From: Mayamaea pseudoterrestris | Taxonomy: Eukaryota | Reading direction: 5' to 3' | Assembly (NCBI GenBank): GCA_027923505.1 | Contig: BROI01000031.1 | Coordinates: 1-64,000 of the forward strand | Length of the DNA stretch: 64,000 nucleotides | Notes under the pieces: model-generated | Database searches by the model: none | What the model was told of the DNA's origin: nothing | The model's input: the letters and a program-made list of their open reading frames with translations, nothing else | Part shown: piece after piece, positions 1-11,470 of the stretch | Layout of the letters: each line of letters starts with the position of its first letter | Position numbering within the stretch: position 1 is the first letter of the stretch | Made by a program: the position numbers and the translations under genes

Positions 1-2091
1 ATTGATGGCTGGCAGCTGACTGGCATTGTATCTTGATGTAGAAAGTGCATTGCATTCATCTATAGCCCATGTAGTCTCCAAGTTATGTGAGTGGGACTGC
101 CTGGAATTTGTGGCCGCAGGCTTTGTCCATAGTAGCAGGCTCCCGTGACCCACTCCAACAGCCACTAATGTGCCCATTGATGGCTGGCAGCTGACAGGCA
201 TTGTTTCATGATGTAGAAAGTGCAATGCATTCATCTATAGCCCATGTAGTCTCCAAGTTCTGCGAGTGGGACTGCCCAAATTTTGTGGCCCAGGCTTGTC
301 CATAGTAGCAGGCTCCCGTGACCCACTCCAACAGCCACTAATGTGCCCATTGTTGGCTGGCAGCTGACAGGCATTGTTTCATGATGTAGAAAGTGCAATG
401 CATTCATCTATAGCCCATGTAGTCTCGAAGTTCTGTGAGTGGGACTGCCCAAATTTTGTGGCCCCAGGCTTGTCCATAGTAGCAGGCTCCCGTGACCCAC
501 TCCAACAGGCAAAAATGTGCCCATTGATGGCTGGCAGCTGACAGGCATTGCTTCATGATGTAGAAAGTGCAATGCATTCATCTACAGCCCATGTAGTCTC
601 GAAGTTCTGCGAGTGGGAGTGCCCGAATTTTGTGGCCCCAGGCTTGTCCATAGTAGCAGGCTCCCGTGACCCACTCCAACAGCCACTAATGTGCCCATTG
701 ATGGCTGGCAGCTGCAGCTGACAGGCATTGCTTCATGATGTAGAAAGTGCAATGCACTCATCTACAGCCCATGTAGTCTCGAAGTTCGGAGGTTCTGTCA
801 AATTGGGACTGCCCAAATTTTGTAGCCCCCAGGCTTCCATTGGCTCCCGTGCCCCTAAGCCTCCTAATGTGCCCATTGATGGCTGGCAGCTGCAGCATGA
901 CAGGCATTTGAGCCTGTCATGTAGAAAGTGCAATGCACTCATCTACAGCCCATGTAGTCTCGTTCTACAGTGGGAGTGGCCGAATATTTTGGCCCCAGGC
1001 TTGTCCATAGTAGCAGGTCTACCCGCGACTAATGCGCCCATATGGCTGGCATATGCTCGCTGACAGGCATTGTATCTTGATGTAGAAAGTGCATTGCATT
1101 CATCTATAGCCCATGTAGTCTCCAAGTTCTGTGAGTGGGACTGCCTAAATTTCGAGGCCCAGGGCTTTGTCCGTAGCAGCAGGCTCCCGTGACCCACTCC
1201 AACAGGCAAATATGTGTACATTGATGGCTGGCAGCTGACAGGTATTGTTTTATGATGTAGAAAGTGCAATGCATTCATCTATAGCCCATGTAGTCTCCAA
1301 GTTCTGTGAGTGGGACTGCCTGAATTTTGTGGCCCCAGGCTTGTCCAAAGTAGCAGGCTCCTGTGACCCACTCCAACAACCACTAATGTGCCCATTGATG
1401 GCTGGCAGCTAAAGCAGCTGACAGGATTGTATCTGGATGTAGAAAGTGCAATGCATTCAATAATAGCCCATGTAGTCTCCAAGTTCTGCGAGTGGGACTG
1501 CCTGAATTTTGTGGCCCCAGGCTTGTCCATAGTAGCAGGCTCCCGTGACCCACTCCAACAGGCAAAAATGTGCCCATTGTTGGCTGGCAGCTGACAGGCA
1601 TTGTTTCATGATGTAGAAAGTGCAATGCATTCAATTATAGCCCATGTAGTCTCCAAGTTCTGCGAGTGGGACTGCCTGAATTTTGTGGCCCCAGGCTTGT
1701 CCATAGTAGCAGGCTCCCGTGACCCACTCCAACAGCCACTAATGTGCCCATTGTTGGCTGGCAGCTGACAGGCATTGTATCTTGATGTAGAAAGTGCAAT
1801 GCATTCATCTATAGCCCATGTAGTCTCCAAGTTCTGCGAGTGGGACTGCCTGAATTTTGTGGCCCCAGGCTTGTCCATAGTAGCAGGCTCCCGTGACCCA
1901 CTCCAACAGCCACTAATGTGCCCATTGATGGCTGGCAGCTGACAGGCATTGTTTCATGATGTAGAAAGTGCAATGCATTCATCTATAGCCCATGTAGTCT
2001 CCAAGTTCTGTGAGTGGGACTGCCTGAATTTTGTGGCCCCAGGCTTGTCCATAGTAGCAGGCTCCCATGACCCACTCCAACAGCCACTAAT
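1..2091. repeat. Tandem satellite family A, monomer ~174 bp (runs off the left edge)
   Basis: Anchor CCCATGTAGTCTC recurs at 66, 241, 414, 588, 768 and onward; about 12 monomers, with a degenerate stretch at ~780-1060. Confidence 0.97.
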
Positions 2092-2312
2092 TGACACAAT
2101 ATTATTGAGTTGAGTTGACCTGCGTCTCATGACAAGACGGTTAGCTACCTGTGTTTTGTATGCATTTAATCCTGTGCAGGGTTGAGTCACACTTGTGACC
2201 GAATCCTCACATACATGAGTGAAATCGCTGAGGATCGAGGCGTGAACCTCGACCGTGAACCCAGTGAGAACGAGAAAGAAGCGCACGAGTAGAGTAGCGA
2301 GTAACATGCACT
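2092..2312 (+). repeat. Truncated LTR (first ~221 bp of the 329-bp copia LTR)
   Basis: Starts TGACACAATATTATTG directly after satellite A ...CACTAAT. Matches 8509-8729 apart from two substitutions seen, then diverges after ...GTAACATGCACT. Confidence 0.93.
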
Positions 2313-2609
2313 GTTGTTGTGTAAGAAAGGACTTGCGGAAAGCGAGGTATTCACTATCATGGTTGCGATTACTGCGGAAGCTTTGCAGCTTCTCTGCACG
2401 AACGTTTTCGGATGAGACATCCAAGAAGCATTCTTGTTTTGGAATGTAACCACCACTACCCAGATGTTGAGATTGACCAGCTGGAGCAATTTGAAAAATT
2501 CATCTAAGCCCCTGGGTGGACTGCCCCCCCAGAGCCGCCATCCCAGCTGGCGTTGAGCACCTGAAGGAACGCAACCCACAGGACAGCCCCCACAAGCAGC
2601 CGCCGCCCC

Positions 2610-3230
2610 AGCTACAGGCATTGCTTCATGATGTAGAAGTGCAATGCACTCATCTACAGCCCATGTAGTCTCGGGAAGTTCTCCGAGTGGGAGTGCTAAA
2701 TTTTGTGGCCCCAGGTTGTCCATAGTAGCAGGCTTTACTCCAACAGCACTAATGTGCCCATTGATGGTGAGTGACAGGATTGTATCTTGATGCAGAAATA
2801 GTGATTCATCTATAGCCCATGTAGTCTCCAAGTTCTGTGAGTGGGACTGCCTAAATTTTGAGGCCCAGGGCTTTGTCCATAGCAGCAGGCTCCCGTGACC
2901 CACTCCAACAGGCAAATATGTGTACATTGATGGCTGGCAGCTGACAGGTATTGGTTCATGATGTAGAAAGTGCAATGCATTCATCTATAGCCCATGTAGT
3001 CTCCAAGTTCTGTGAGTGGGACTGCCTGAATTTTGTGGCCTCGGCTTGTCCATGTAGCAGGCTCCCATGACCCACTCCAACAGCCACTAATGTGCCCATT
3101 GTTGGCTGGGCAGTGACAGGATTGTTCATGATGTAGAAAGTGCAATGTATTCAATTATAGCCCATGTAGTCTCCAGTTCTGCGAGTGGGACTGTTTAAAT
3201 TTTGTGGGTCTTCAGGTTTATCCATAGCAG
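2610..3230. repeat. Satellite A monomers (about 3.5, partly degenerate) interrupting the retroelement 5' region
   Basis: Same CCCATGTAGTCTCCAAGTTCTG and GATGTAGAAAGTGCAATGC motifs as 1-2091. Confidence 0.9.
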
Positions 3231-3776
3231 CACGTTCCCACCAGAAGGCACATCACGCCATTGGTTGGTTGGCAGCGGGAGCGTCTGACCAAGGCAATCG
3301 CCAAGCTCCATGGCTGTTCTAACGTCGCTCGCAGCAAGTACGTACCAGTCACGGAAGAAGAGAAGGAAGAATTCGAGAATCAGCAAATCTTCATGTACAC
3401 TGCGTTTCGCAATTGTCTCGAAGTCCCTGGACACCAGTCGCTCCTAATGAAGTACGGTGACAAGTCCGGACGCTCAGAGCTGTTCTATCGCGAACTTCGC
3501 GACCAAGTTTGGTTCCGGCGAGTTAGCTACCATCCAAGCGAACGAACTGCAAGCCAAGCTTGCGCGATCGCTTAGGTTCGCCGACCGACACACAAGTTCC
3601 TAAACTACATGAACAGCTCATGAAGAATTAGTTCCGTCCTGGCGGATGACAAGAAGAAGTACTACTGGCTCCGAGCTGCAGTGGAAGGCGACGAAGAATT
3701 CGGTTCCCACGTGCCCACCAGACTCATTTGAACGACGACGCATCATCAGCGCAAACGGTGACCCAGACGCCGTCAC

Positions 3777-5015
3777 GTGAAGATTATGACTGTCTTTTCG
3801 ATCGCGCGCGCTCTTGCGCGTCGAGAGCAAGCAAGGGCAAGAAGAACGCCGACAGCCAAGCGAACAACGCCGAACACTTCCAGGCAAGGACGTGGTAATG
3901 GACGCGGTTCCGGTCGTGGTGGAGGACGCGGGCGCCAAGGCGGACGCGGCGGTGGACGAGGTGGACGTGGTTCCTGGGCGAGCCGTGGTTCCGGAGGACG
4001 AGGCTCTTCCGCGCCACTACCAGCAGCCGGTACGCAAGCGCATCGGGAACGATTCCCTGGTGATTATCTGAACTTTGAACAGTTGTTGCAGACCCCTGGT
4101 CTACATTCGTCAGGTGAACGACTCGGCCGACTTAACGAGGACGAATACGCTCAGCTCATGGCTCGACGCGAAGCCGTCCCAAGACCCGCCACGACAAGAC
4201 GCGCGAACAATGGCAACCGTGCGAATAACCAGCAGTCACAAGCGGCTGCCTCGGTGCCTGGTACAATCTTGTATCAGAATGACGCTGTCTCGATTGCCCC
4301 GACGACAGCCACTCAAGGTGCACCGGATGACATGATTAGATCTTTCCTTGCGAACGCCGCGTCGTCTCGCACTCAAGCTGCGAATAACACCCAGCAAGAG
4401 TTTATGGGAAGCGACGGCCGCCGGTACCGCGCAATGGTATCGGTGCGCTACACTGTGAATCGAGCTCGCAGCAACGAGACCCGCCAAGGATCGCTGATTG
4501 ACGGCGGTGCGAACGGTGGACTCGCTGGAAGCGATATGAGAATCTTGAGTACTACCAACCACACGTGTAACGTGACAGGTTTGAGCGACCACACGGTTCG
4601 CGACCTCCAAGTCGGAACTGGCGTCGCATTGATTGAGACTCGGACTGGACCCATTATCGGTCAGTTCAACCAGTATGCTTTGTACGACGGTGCTGAATCC
4701 ATTCATGCACCATCGCAGCTTCGTTCGTTCGGCCATCTGATCGACGACGTCGCTCGCTCCCAGAATGGAGCACAAGCCATTGTCACCAGTTGTGGCAAGA
4801 CCATCCCCTTGGCGATCCGTGACGGCTTGCCTCGTATGGATATGCGTCCACCGACGGACGCAGAGTTGGAAATGTATCCGACGGTCATTTTCTCTGCGGA
4901 CACCCTTTGGGATCCGGCGGAGTTGGATAATGAATGGAACGAAGAAGAACTTGAGTTTAATCGTCAACGGCCAATTGGAAGAAGCCCACGGTTTCGTCGA
5001 CGCCCGCATGGATGA
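3777..5015 (+). pseudogene. gag: Copia gag C-terminus (RGG-rich) plus aspartic protease, copy 1; frameshifted near 4960
   Basis: RGG-rich tract GRGNGRGSGRGGGRG and protease motif LIDGGANGGLAG. Upstream gag-like fragments at ~3240-3776 are disrupted. Confidence 0.8.
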
Positions 5016-6465
5016 CTTCGGCGACGCCACCTACCGGAACAACATGAACTCAGTGGAACGTGTGGTGCAGTATGTCGATCGCAATCAGGCTGATACGACG
5101 CGCCAAGCCAATGCACGACGCATAATGCCACAAGAACCTGACTACCAAGCGCTTCGACCCTACCTTGGCTACACGCCACTTGAACGAGTCAAGCGCACCA
5201 TTAAGAATACGACACAGCTTTTCCGTGCATCGGCACACACCCCATTTCGCCAACACTTTAAGTCGCGATTCCCTGCCGCCAATGTGGTTCGTTTCCATGA
5301 CGATACGGCGACAGATACCTGGTTTTCCAAGGAAGCCGCCTTTAACGACGGAATCCGCGGCCATGGCGGATGCAAGATGATGCAACTGTTCGTCGGCAAG
5401 AAGAGTCTGCTGACGAGGGGATACCCACTGAGAACCGAGAGTGACATGCCCATGGCGCTCGAAGACTTCATTCGAGACATTGGCGCTCCCGACTTGCTCA
5501 TTAGCGATAACTCGCGAGTGCAGCTCGGGAAGCAAGTTGAAACCTTGTTGCGATTCTACGCGATTCGTGACCAACAGAGCGAGCCCGGATACCAGAACCA
5601 GAACCCTGCCGAGCGTCGCATCCAAGAAGTCAAGTCATCAGTCCAGAACATCATGAACCGTACGGGCGCACCCGCTGGAGCCTGGCTCCTATGCGCACTG
5701 TACGTAATCGCCTTATTCAACAATCTGGCGACCGAGTCCCTCAACTGGAAGACCCCTACTGAAGCCGCCTTCAACCGAGTACCCGACATTTCGCCGTTCC
5801 TGCAGTTCAAGTTCTGGGAACGAGTCCTGTACGAAGCTGGAGCCGACGAGCCGCCGACATTTCCTCACACCAAGGAAGCAGCAGGACGCTGGGTCGGCAT
5901 TGCAGAGAACAAGGGTGACATCCTCACGTACCAAGTTCGATCCGATCGGACTGGAATGGTTGTCGTCCGATCCAACGTTCGTCCCTTCTCCGAAGGGCGT
6001 AACCTACGCGCTGAAGCTGAAAGCGCTCCTGAACCCGAGTCCGAACGACCACTGTTCGCGGAACCTGTCTTCGACGCGCGCCCCGCGCGTGAACGAGTCC
6101 AAGTCGAAACTGTCGACGAGTTTGACGATGAGTATGACCTAGTCGGTCCGGTGTTTGAACACGACCTTACACCGACCCCAGCGCCTGATTCTGGGGGAAC
6201 CGTGGATGAAGACGCATTCACGTTGGAAAGCGCTGCCGAGTTAGCCGGTTTGGATCCTGACGGACCCATGCCGTCCTTTACTCCGGCTGAACTGATGGGA
6301 CGCACTGTCCTTCTTGACGAGGAAGACGGCTCCACGCGACGTTACAAGGTTATCGAGCAACTGAACGATCGCGATGAAGCCAACCACAAGATCATCAAGT
6401 TCCGATTGAGTCTCGGAGACGGCGACGTCGACGAGCTTATTACCAATGAACTAGCCGATCCGTGA
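4960..6465 (+). pseudogene. pol: Copia integrase region, copy 1 (within ORF 4765-6465)
   Basis: DDE-type motifs ATDTWF, LISDNS and QNPAERRIQEVK; separated from both flanking ORFs by frame changes. Confidence 0.88.
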
Positions 6466-8497
6466 GCGGCAAGATTCTTTACGACTGGGGGACGATGACA
6501 ACGACGACCAGTACTACAAGTTTGATTTCATTGACGGACATGAAGGTCCACTGACACAAGCCGACGCTACGTATCGCGGCTCATCCTACAACTTGCTCAT
6601 CCAATGGGCAAATGGCGAGAAGACCTGGGAGCCACTCGCATTGATTATCAAGTCCGACCCTGTGACCGTTGCCGAGTACGGCAAGCGCAAGGGTATGCTG
6701 GACAAGGATGGATGGAAGCGCTTGAAGCGCATGGCAGGACGCACTAAAATGTTTAACCGCATGTGCAAGGCTGCAAAGAAGAACCGTGTCCAAGAAGCGC
6801 GTTTCAAGTTTGGCGTTCAAGTTCCTAATACCTGGAAGGAAGCGAACCGCCTCGACGCTGCTAATGGAAACACCCTGTGGGCTGACGCCGTCAAGACTGA
6901 GATGGAGCAGCTACACGAGTACGACACTTTCATCGACAAGGGCATTGGTGCCTTCATGGAAAGTGACTGGAAGCGCATCAACGCGCATCTTGTTTTCGAC
7001 TGCAAGAACGATCTACGACGTAAGGCCCGACTCGTCGCCGGGGGACATTTGACCGCTCCGCCCAAGGACTCCGCCTACTCCGGCGTTGTATCTATGCGAA
7101 GCATTCGAACCATAGCACTGTTAGCTGAACTGAACGACCTCAAGTTTTGGGCTGCCGATGTCGGTAACGCCTACCTCGAGGCCAAGACCAAGGAAAAGGT
7201 CTACATTGTTGCCGGTCCCGAGTTTGGACCATTGGAAGGCCATACCTTGGTCATCTACAAGGCACTTTACGGATTGCGCACTTCTGGCGCGCGTTGGCAT
7301 GAGCACTTTGCCGACACACTCCGCGACATTGGATTCTACCCAAGCTACGCGGACCCTGACGTCTGGATGAAAGACTGTGGCACTCACTACGAGTACGTCG
7401 GCGTGTTCGTCGACGATCTGGCTATGGCCATGAAAGATCCACAAGCCTTCACGGACCTCCTCAAGGAGAAGTACAAGTACAAGTTGAAGGGCGTCGGCGA
7501 CATCAAGTACCACCTTGGAGCCGACTTCTATCGGGTGCCGGATGGAACCCTCTGCATGAGCGCGAAGACCTACGTCGGTCGCATGCTCAAGAACTACGAA
7601 ACCATGTTTGGCGAGAAGCCACGCAAGCGCAAGTCACCGCTTGACGACGGGGACCACCCCGAACTTGACCTAACCGAAGAGCTGGATGCCCGTGGCATTC
7701 AACAGTACCAGTCTCTTATCGGTGCCCTCCAGTGGGCAGTGACCCTATGTCGACTTGACATTCATTGTGCCGTAATGACACTTGGCCGATTCCGCTGCGC
7801 CCCGCGCCGTGGACACCTGGACCGAGCCAAGCGAGTCTGCGGTTACCTAGCTGAGTACCCTGATGCGGCGATTCGTTTCCGGACGAAGATCGTCGATCAC
7901 GGGGAACCTACCAAGTATGATTGGTTGCAATCGGTCTACGGCAACTCAAGCGAAGAGCTTCCGTGGAACATGCCGATCCCGAAGGGCAAGCCTGTGCAAC
8001 TAACTACCTTTATGGACGCGAACCTGTACCATGATTACACTACTGGACGTTCCGCAATGGGAGTCCTGCATTTCCTGAACCAGACGCCCGTCGAATGGTT
8101 CTGCAAGCGTCAGAATACTGTTGAGACTGCAACGTACGGATCCGAGTTCGTCGTCGCCAAGACCGCGACGGAACAGATTATGGATTTCCGATACTCCCTA
8201 CGCATGTTGGGAGTTCCTTTGAGTGGACCAGCCTGGATGTTCGGCGACAACGAAAGTGTCAAGAAGTCGTCAACGATCCCGCACTCCACACTTTCTAAGC
8301 GACACAATGCGCTCGCCTACCACCGAGTTCGCGAGGCCATTGCAAGCAATGTTCTGTACTTTGAGCACATCTTCGGCAAGCAGAACGTCGCCGACGTTCT
8401 TACCAAGTTCTTGCCGCATGCCACGTTCCGACCCCTGATCATTCCGATTCTTTTCTGGAAGGGTGATACGGCAAACCGATCGTTGTCACAAGCCTAG
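6464..8497 (+). CDS. pol: Copia chromodomain-like segment, reverse transcriptase and RNase H, copy 1 (ORF 6593-8497; frame open from ~6464)
   Basis: RT motifs KARLVAGG, ADVGNAYL, KALYGLRTSG, FVDD; RNase H motifs DANL, TYGSEF, GDNES, NVADVLTK. Confidence 0.93.
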   Translation, partial: ERQDSLRLGDDDNDDQYYKFDFIDGHEGPLTQADATYRGSSYNLLIQWANGEKTWEPLALIIKSDPVTVAEYGKRKGMLDKDGWKRLKRMAGRTKMFNRMCKAAKKNRVQEARFKFGVQVPNTWKEANRLDAANGNTLWADAVKTEMEQLHEYDTFIDKGIGAFMESDWKRINAHLVFDCKNDLRRKARLVAGGHLTAPPKDSAYSGVVSMRSIRTIALLAELNDLKFWAADVGNAYLEAKTKEKVYIVAGPEFGPLEGHTLVIYKALYGLRTSGARWHEHFADTLRDIGFYPSYADPDVWMKDCGTHYEYVGVFVDDLAMAMKDPQAFTDLLKEKYKYKLKGVGDIKYHLGADFYRVPDGTLCMSAKTYVGRMLKNYETMFGEKPRKRKSPLDDGDHPELDLTEELDARGIQQYQSLIGALQWAVTLCRLDIHCAVMTLGRFRCAPRRGHLDRAKRVCGYLAEYPDAAIRFRTKIVDHGEPTKYDWLQSVYGNSSEELPWNMPIPKGKPVQLTTFMDANLYHDYTTGRSAMGVLHFLNQTPVEWFCKRQNTVETATYGSEFVVAKTATEQIMDFRYSLRMLGVPLSGPAWMFGDNESVKKSSTIPHSTLSKRHNALAYHRVREAIASNVLYFEHIFGKQNVADVLTKFLPHATFRPLIIPILFWKGDTANRSLSQA

Positions 8498-8500
8498 ATC

Positions 8501-8508
8501 AAGGGGGA
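8501..8508 (+). other. Polypurine tract of copy 1 (copy 2 at 13506-13513)
   Basis: AAGGGGGA immediately before the TG of the LTR. Confidence 0.85.
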
Positions 8509-8837
8509 TGACACAATATTATTGAGTTGAGTTGACCTGCGTCTTATGACAAGACGGTTAGCTACCTGTGTTTTGTATGCATTTAATCCTGTGCAGGGTT
8601 GAGTCACACTTGTGACCGAATCCTCACATACATGAGTGAAATCGCTGACGATCGAGGCGTGAACCTCGACCGTGAACCCAGTGAGAACGAGAAAGAAGCG
8701 CACGAGTAGAGTAGCGAGTAACATGCACTATTCTAGCAATTGAGTTTGTTTGTTTGCTTTACGCTGGACGAAGAGGTTGATCGCTCCGAGTCCATTGTAG
8801 TCGCTGGAATAAAGGTTCGTCTGATATTATCGTGTCA
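8509..8837 (+). repeat. Complete 329-bp LTR
   Basis: TGACAC...GTGTCA terminal inverted repeats and AATAAA near the 3' end; appears identical to 13514-13842. Confidence 0.96.
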
Positions 8838-10020
8838 AAGGGCAAGAAGAACGCCGACAGCCAAGCGAACAACGCCGAACACTTCCAGGCAAGGACGTGG
8901 TAATGGACGCGGTTCCGGTCGTGGTGGAGGACGCGGGCGCCAAGGCGGACGCGGCGGTGGACGAGGTGGACGTGGTTCCTGGGCGAGCCGTGGTTCCGGA
9001 GGACGAGGCTCTTCCGCGCCACTACCAGCAGCCGGTACGCAAGCGCATCGGGAACGATTCCCTGGTGATTATCTGAACTTTGAACAGTTGTTGCAGACCC
9101 CTGGTCTACATTCGTCAGGTGAACGACTCGGCCGACTTAACGAGGACGAATACGCTCAGCTCATGGCTCGACGCGAAGCCGTCCCAAGACCCGCCACGAC
9201 AAGACGCGCGAACAATGGCAACCGTGCGAATAACCAGCAGTCACAAGCGGCTGCCTCGGTGCCTGGTACAATCTTGTATCAGAATGACGCTGTCTCGATT
9301 GCCCCGACGACAGCCACTCAAGGTGCACCGGATGACATGATTAGATCTTTCCTTGCGAACGCCGCGTCGTCTCGCACTCAAGCTGCGAATAACACCCAGC
9401 AAGAGTTTATGGGAAGCGACGGCCGCCGGTACCGCGCAATGGTATCGGTGCGCTACACTGTGAATCGAGCTCGCAGCAACGAGACCCGCCAAGGATCGCT
9501 GATTGACGGCGGTGCGAACGGTGGACTCGCTGGAAGCGATATGAGAATCTTGAGTACTACCAACCACACGTGTAACGTGACAGGTTTGAGCGACCACACG
9601 GTTCGCGACCTCCAAGTCGGAACTGGCGTCGCATTGATTGAGACTCGGACTGGACCCATTATCGGTCAGTTCAACCAGTATGCTTTGTACGACGGTGCTG
9701 AATCCATTCATGCACCATCGCAGCTTCGTTCGTTCGGCCATCTGATCGACGACGTCGCTCGCTCCCAGAATGGAGCACAAGCCATTGTCACCAGTTGTGG
9801 CAAGACCATCCCCTTGGCGATCCGTGACGGCTTGCCTCGTATGGATATGCGTCCACCGACGGACGCAGAGTTGGAAATGTATCCGACGGTCATTTTCTCT
9901 GCGGACACCCTTTGGGATCCGGCGGAGTTGGATAATGAATGGAACGAAGAAGAACTTGAGTTTAATCGTCAACGGCCAATTGGAAGAAGCCCACGGTTTC
10001 GTCGACGCCCGCATGGATGA
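8838..10020 (+). pseudogene. gag: Copia gag C-terminus plus protease, copy 2 (5'-truncated, fused directly to the LTR end)
   Basis: Matches 3833-5015 at an offset of 5005 bp. Confidence 0.8.
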
Positions 10021-11470
10021 CTTCGGCGACGCCACCTACCGGAACAACATGAACTCAGTGGAACGTGTGGTGCAGTATGTCGATCGCAATCAGGCTGATA
10101 CGACGCGCCAAGCCAATGCACGACGCATAATGCCACAAGAACCTGACTACCAAGCGCTTCGACCCTACCTTGGCTACACGCCACTTGAACGAGTCAAGCG
10201 CACCATTAAGAATACGACACAGCTTTTCCGTGCATCGGCACACACCCCATTTCGCCAACACTTTAAGTCGCGATTCCCTGCCGCCAATGTGGTTCGTTTC
10301 CATGACGATACGGCGACAGATACCTGGTTTTCCAAGGAAGCCGCCTTTAACGACGGAATCCGCGGCCATGGCGGATGCAAGATGATGCAACTGTTCGTCG
10401 GCAAGAAGAGTCTGCTGACGAGGGGATACCCACTGAGAACCGAGAGTGACATGCCCATGGCGCTCGAAGACTTCATTCGAGACATTGGCGCTCCCGACTT
10501 GCTCATTAGCGATAACTCGCGAGTGCAGCTCGGGAAGCAAGTTGAAACCTTGTTGCGATTCTACGCGATTCGTGACCAACAGAGCGAGCCCGGATACCAG
10601 AACCAGAACCCTGCCGAGCGTCGCATCCAAGAAGTCAAGTCATCAGTCCAGAACATCATGAACCGTACGGGCGCACCCGCTGGAGCCTGGCTCCTATGCG
10701 CACTGTACGTAATCGCCTTATTCAACAATCTGGCGACCGAGTCCCTCAACTGGAAGACCCCTACTGAAGCCGCCTTCAACCGAGTACCCGACATTTCGCC
10801 GTTCCTGCAGTTCAAGTTCTGGGAACGAGTCCTGTACGAAGCTGGAGCCGACGAGCCGCCGACATTTCCTCACACCAAGGAAGCAGCAGGACGCTGGGTC
10901 GGCATTGCAGAGAACAAGGGTGACATCCTCACGTACCAAGTTCGATCCGATCGGACTGGAATGGTTGTCGTCCGATCCAACGTTCGTCCCTTCTCCGAAG
11001 GGCGTAACCTACGCGCTGAAGCTGAAAGCGCTCCTGAACCCGAGTCCGAACGACCACTGTTCGCGGAACCTGTCTTCGACGCGCGCCCCGCGCGTGAACG
11101 AGTCCAAGTCGAAACTGTCGACGAGTTTGACGATGAGTATGACCTAGTCGGTCCGGTGTTTGAACACGACCTTACACCGACCCCAGCGCCTGATTCTGGG
11201 GGAACCGTGGATGAAGACGCATTCACGTTGGAAAGCGCTGCCGAGTTAGCCGGTTTGGATCCTGACGGACCCATGCCGTCCTTTACTCCGGCTGAACTGA
11301 TGGGACGCACTGTCCTTCTTGACGAGGAAGACGGCTCCACGCGACGTTACAAGGTTATCGAGCAACTGAACGATCGCGATGAAGCCAACCACAAGATCAT
11401 CAAGTTCCGATTGAGTCTCGGAGACGGCGACGTCGACGAGCTTATCACCAATGAACTAGCCGATCCGTGA
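9965..11470 (+). pseudogene. pol: Copia integrase region, copy 2 (within ORF 9770-11470)
   Basis: Same translation as copy 1. Confidence 0.88.

Noticed and set aside
728..3000. ORFs in satellite A such as MDKPGATKFRQSHSQNLETTW
   Set aside because: By-products of a 174-bp monomer divisible by three; frequent stops and indels and no domain signal.
4236..6335. Long antisense ORFs over the retroelement (and similar ones over host genes)
   Set aside because: Shadow ORFs of GC-rich coding strands with no recognisable motifs.
8740..8837. Novel N-terminus on the second gag ORF
   Set aside because: It is LTR sequence read through from a TTG into truncated gag, not a credible start.
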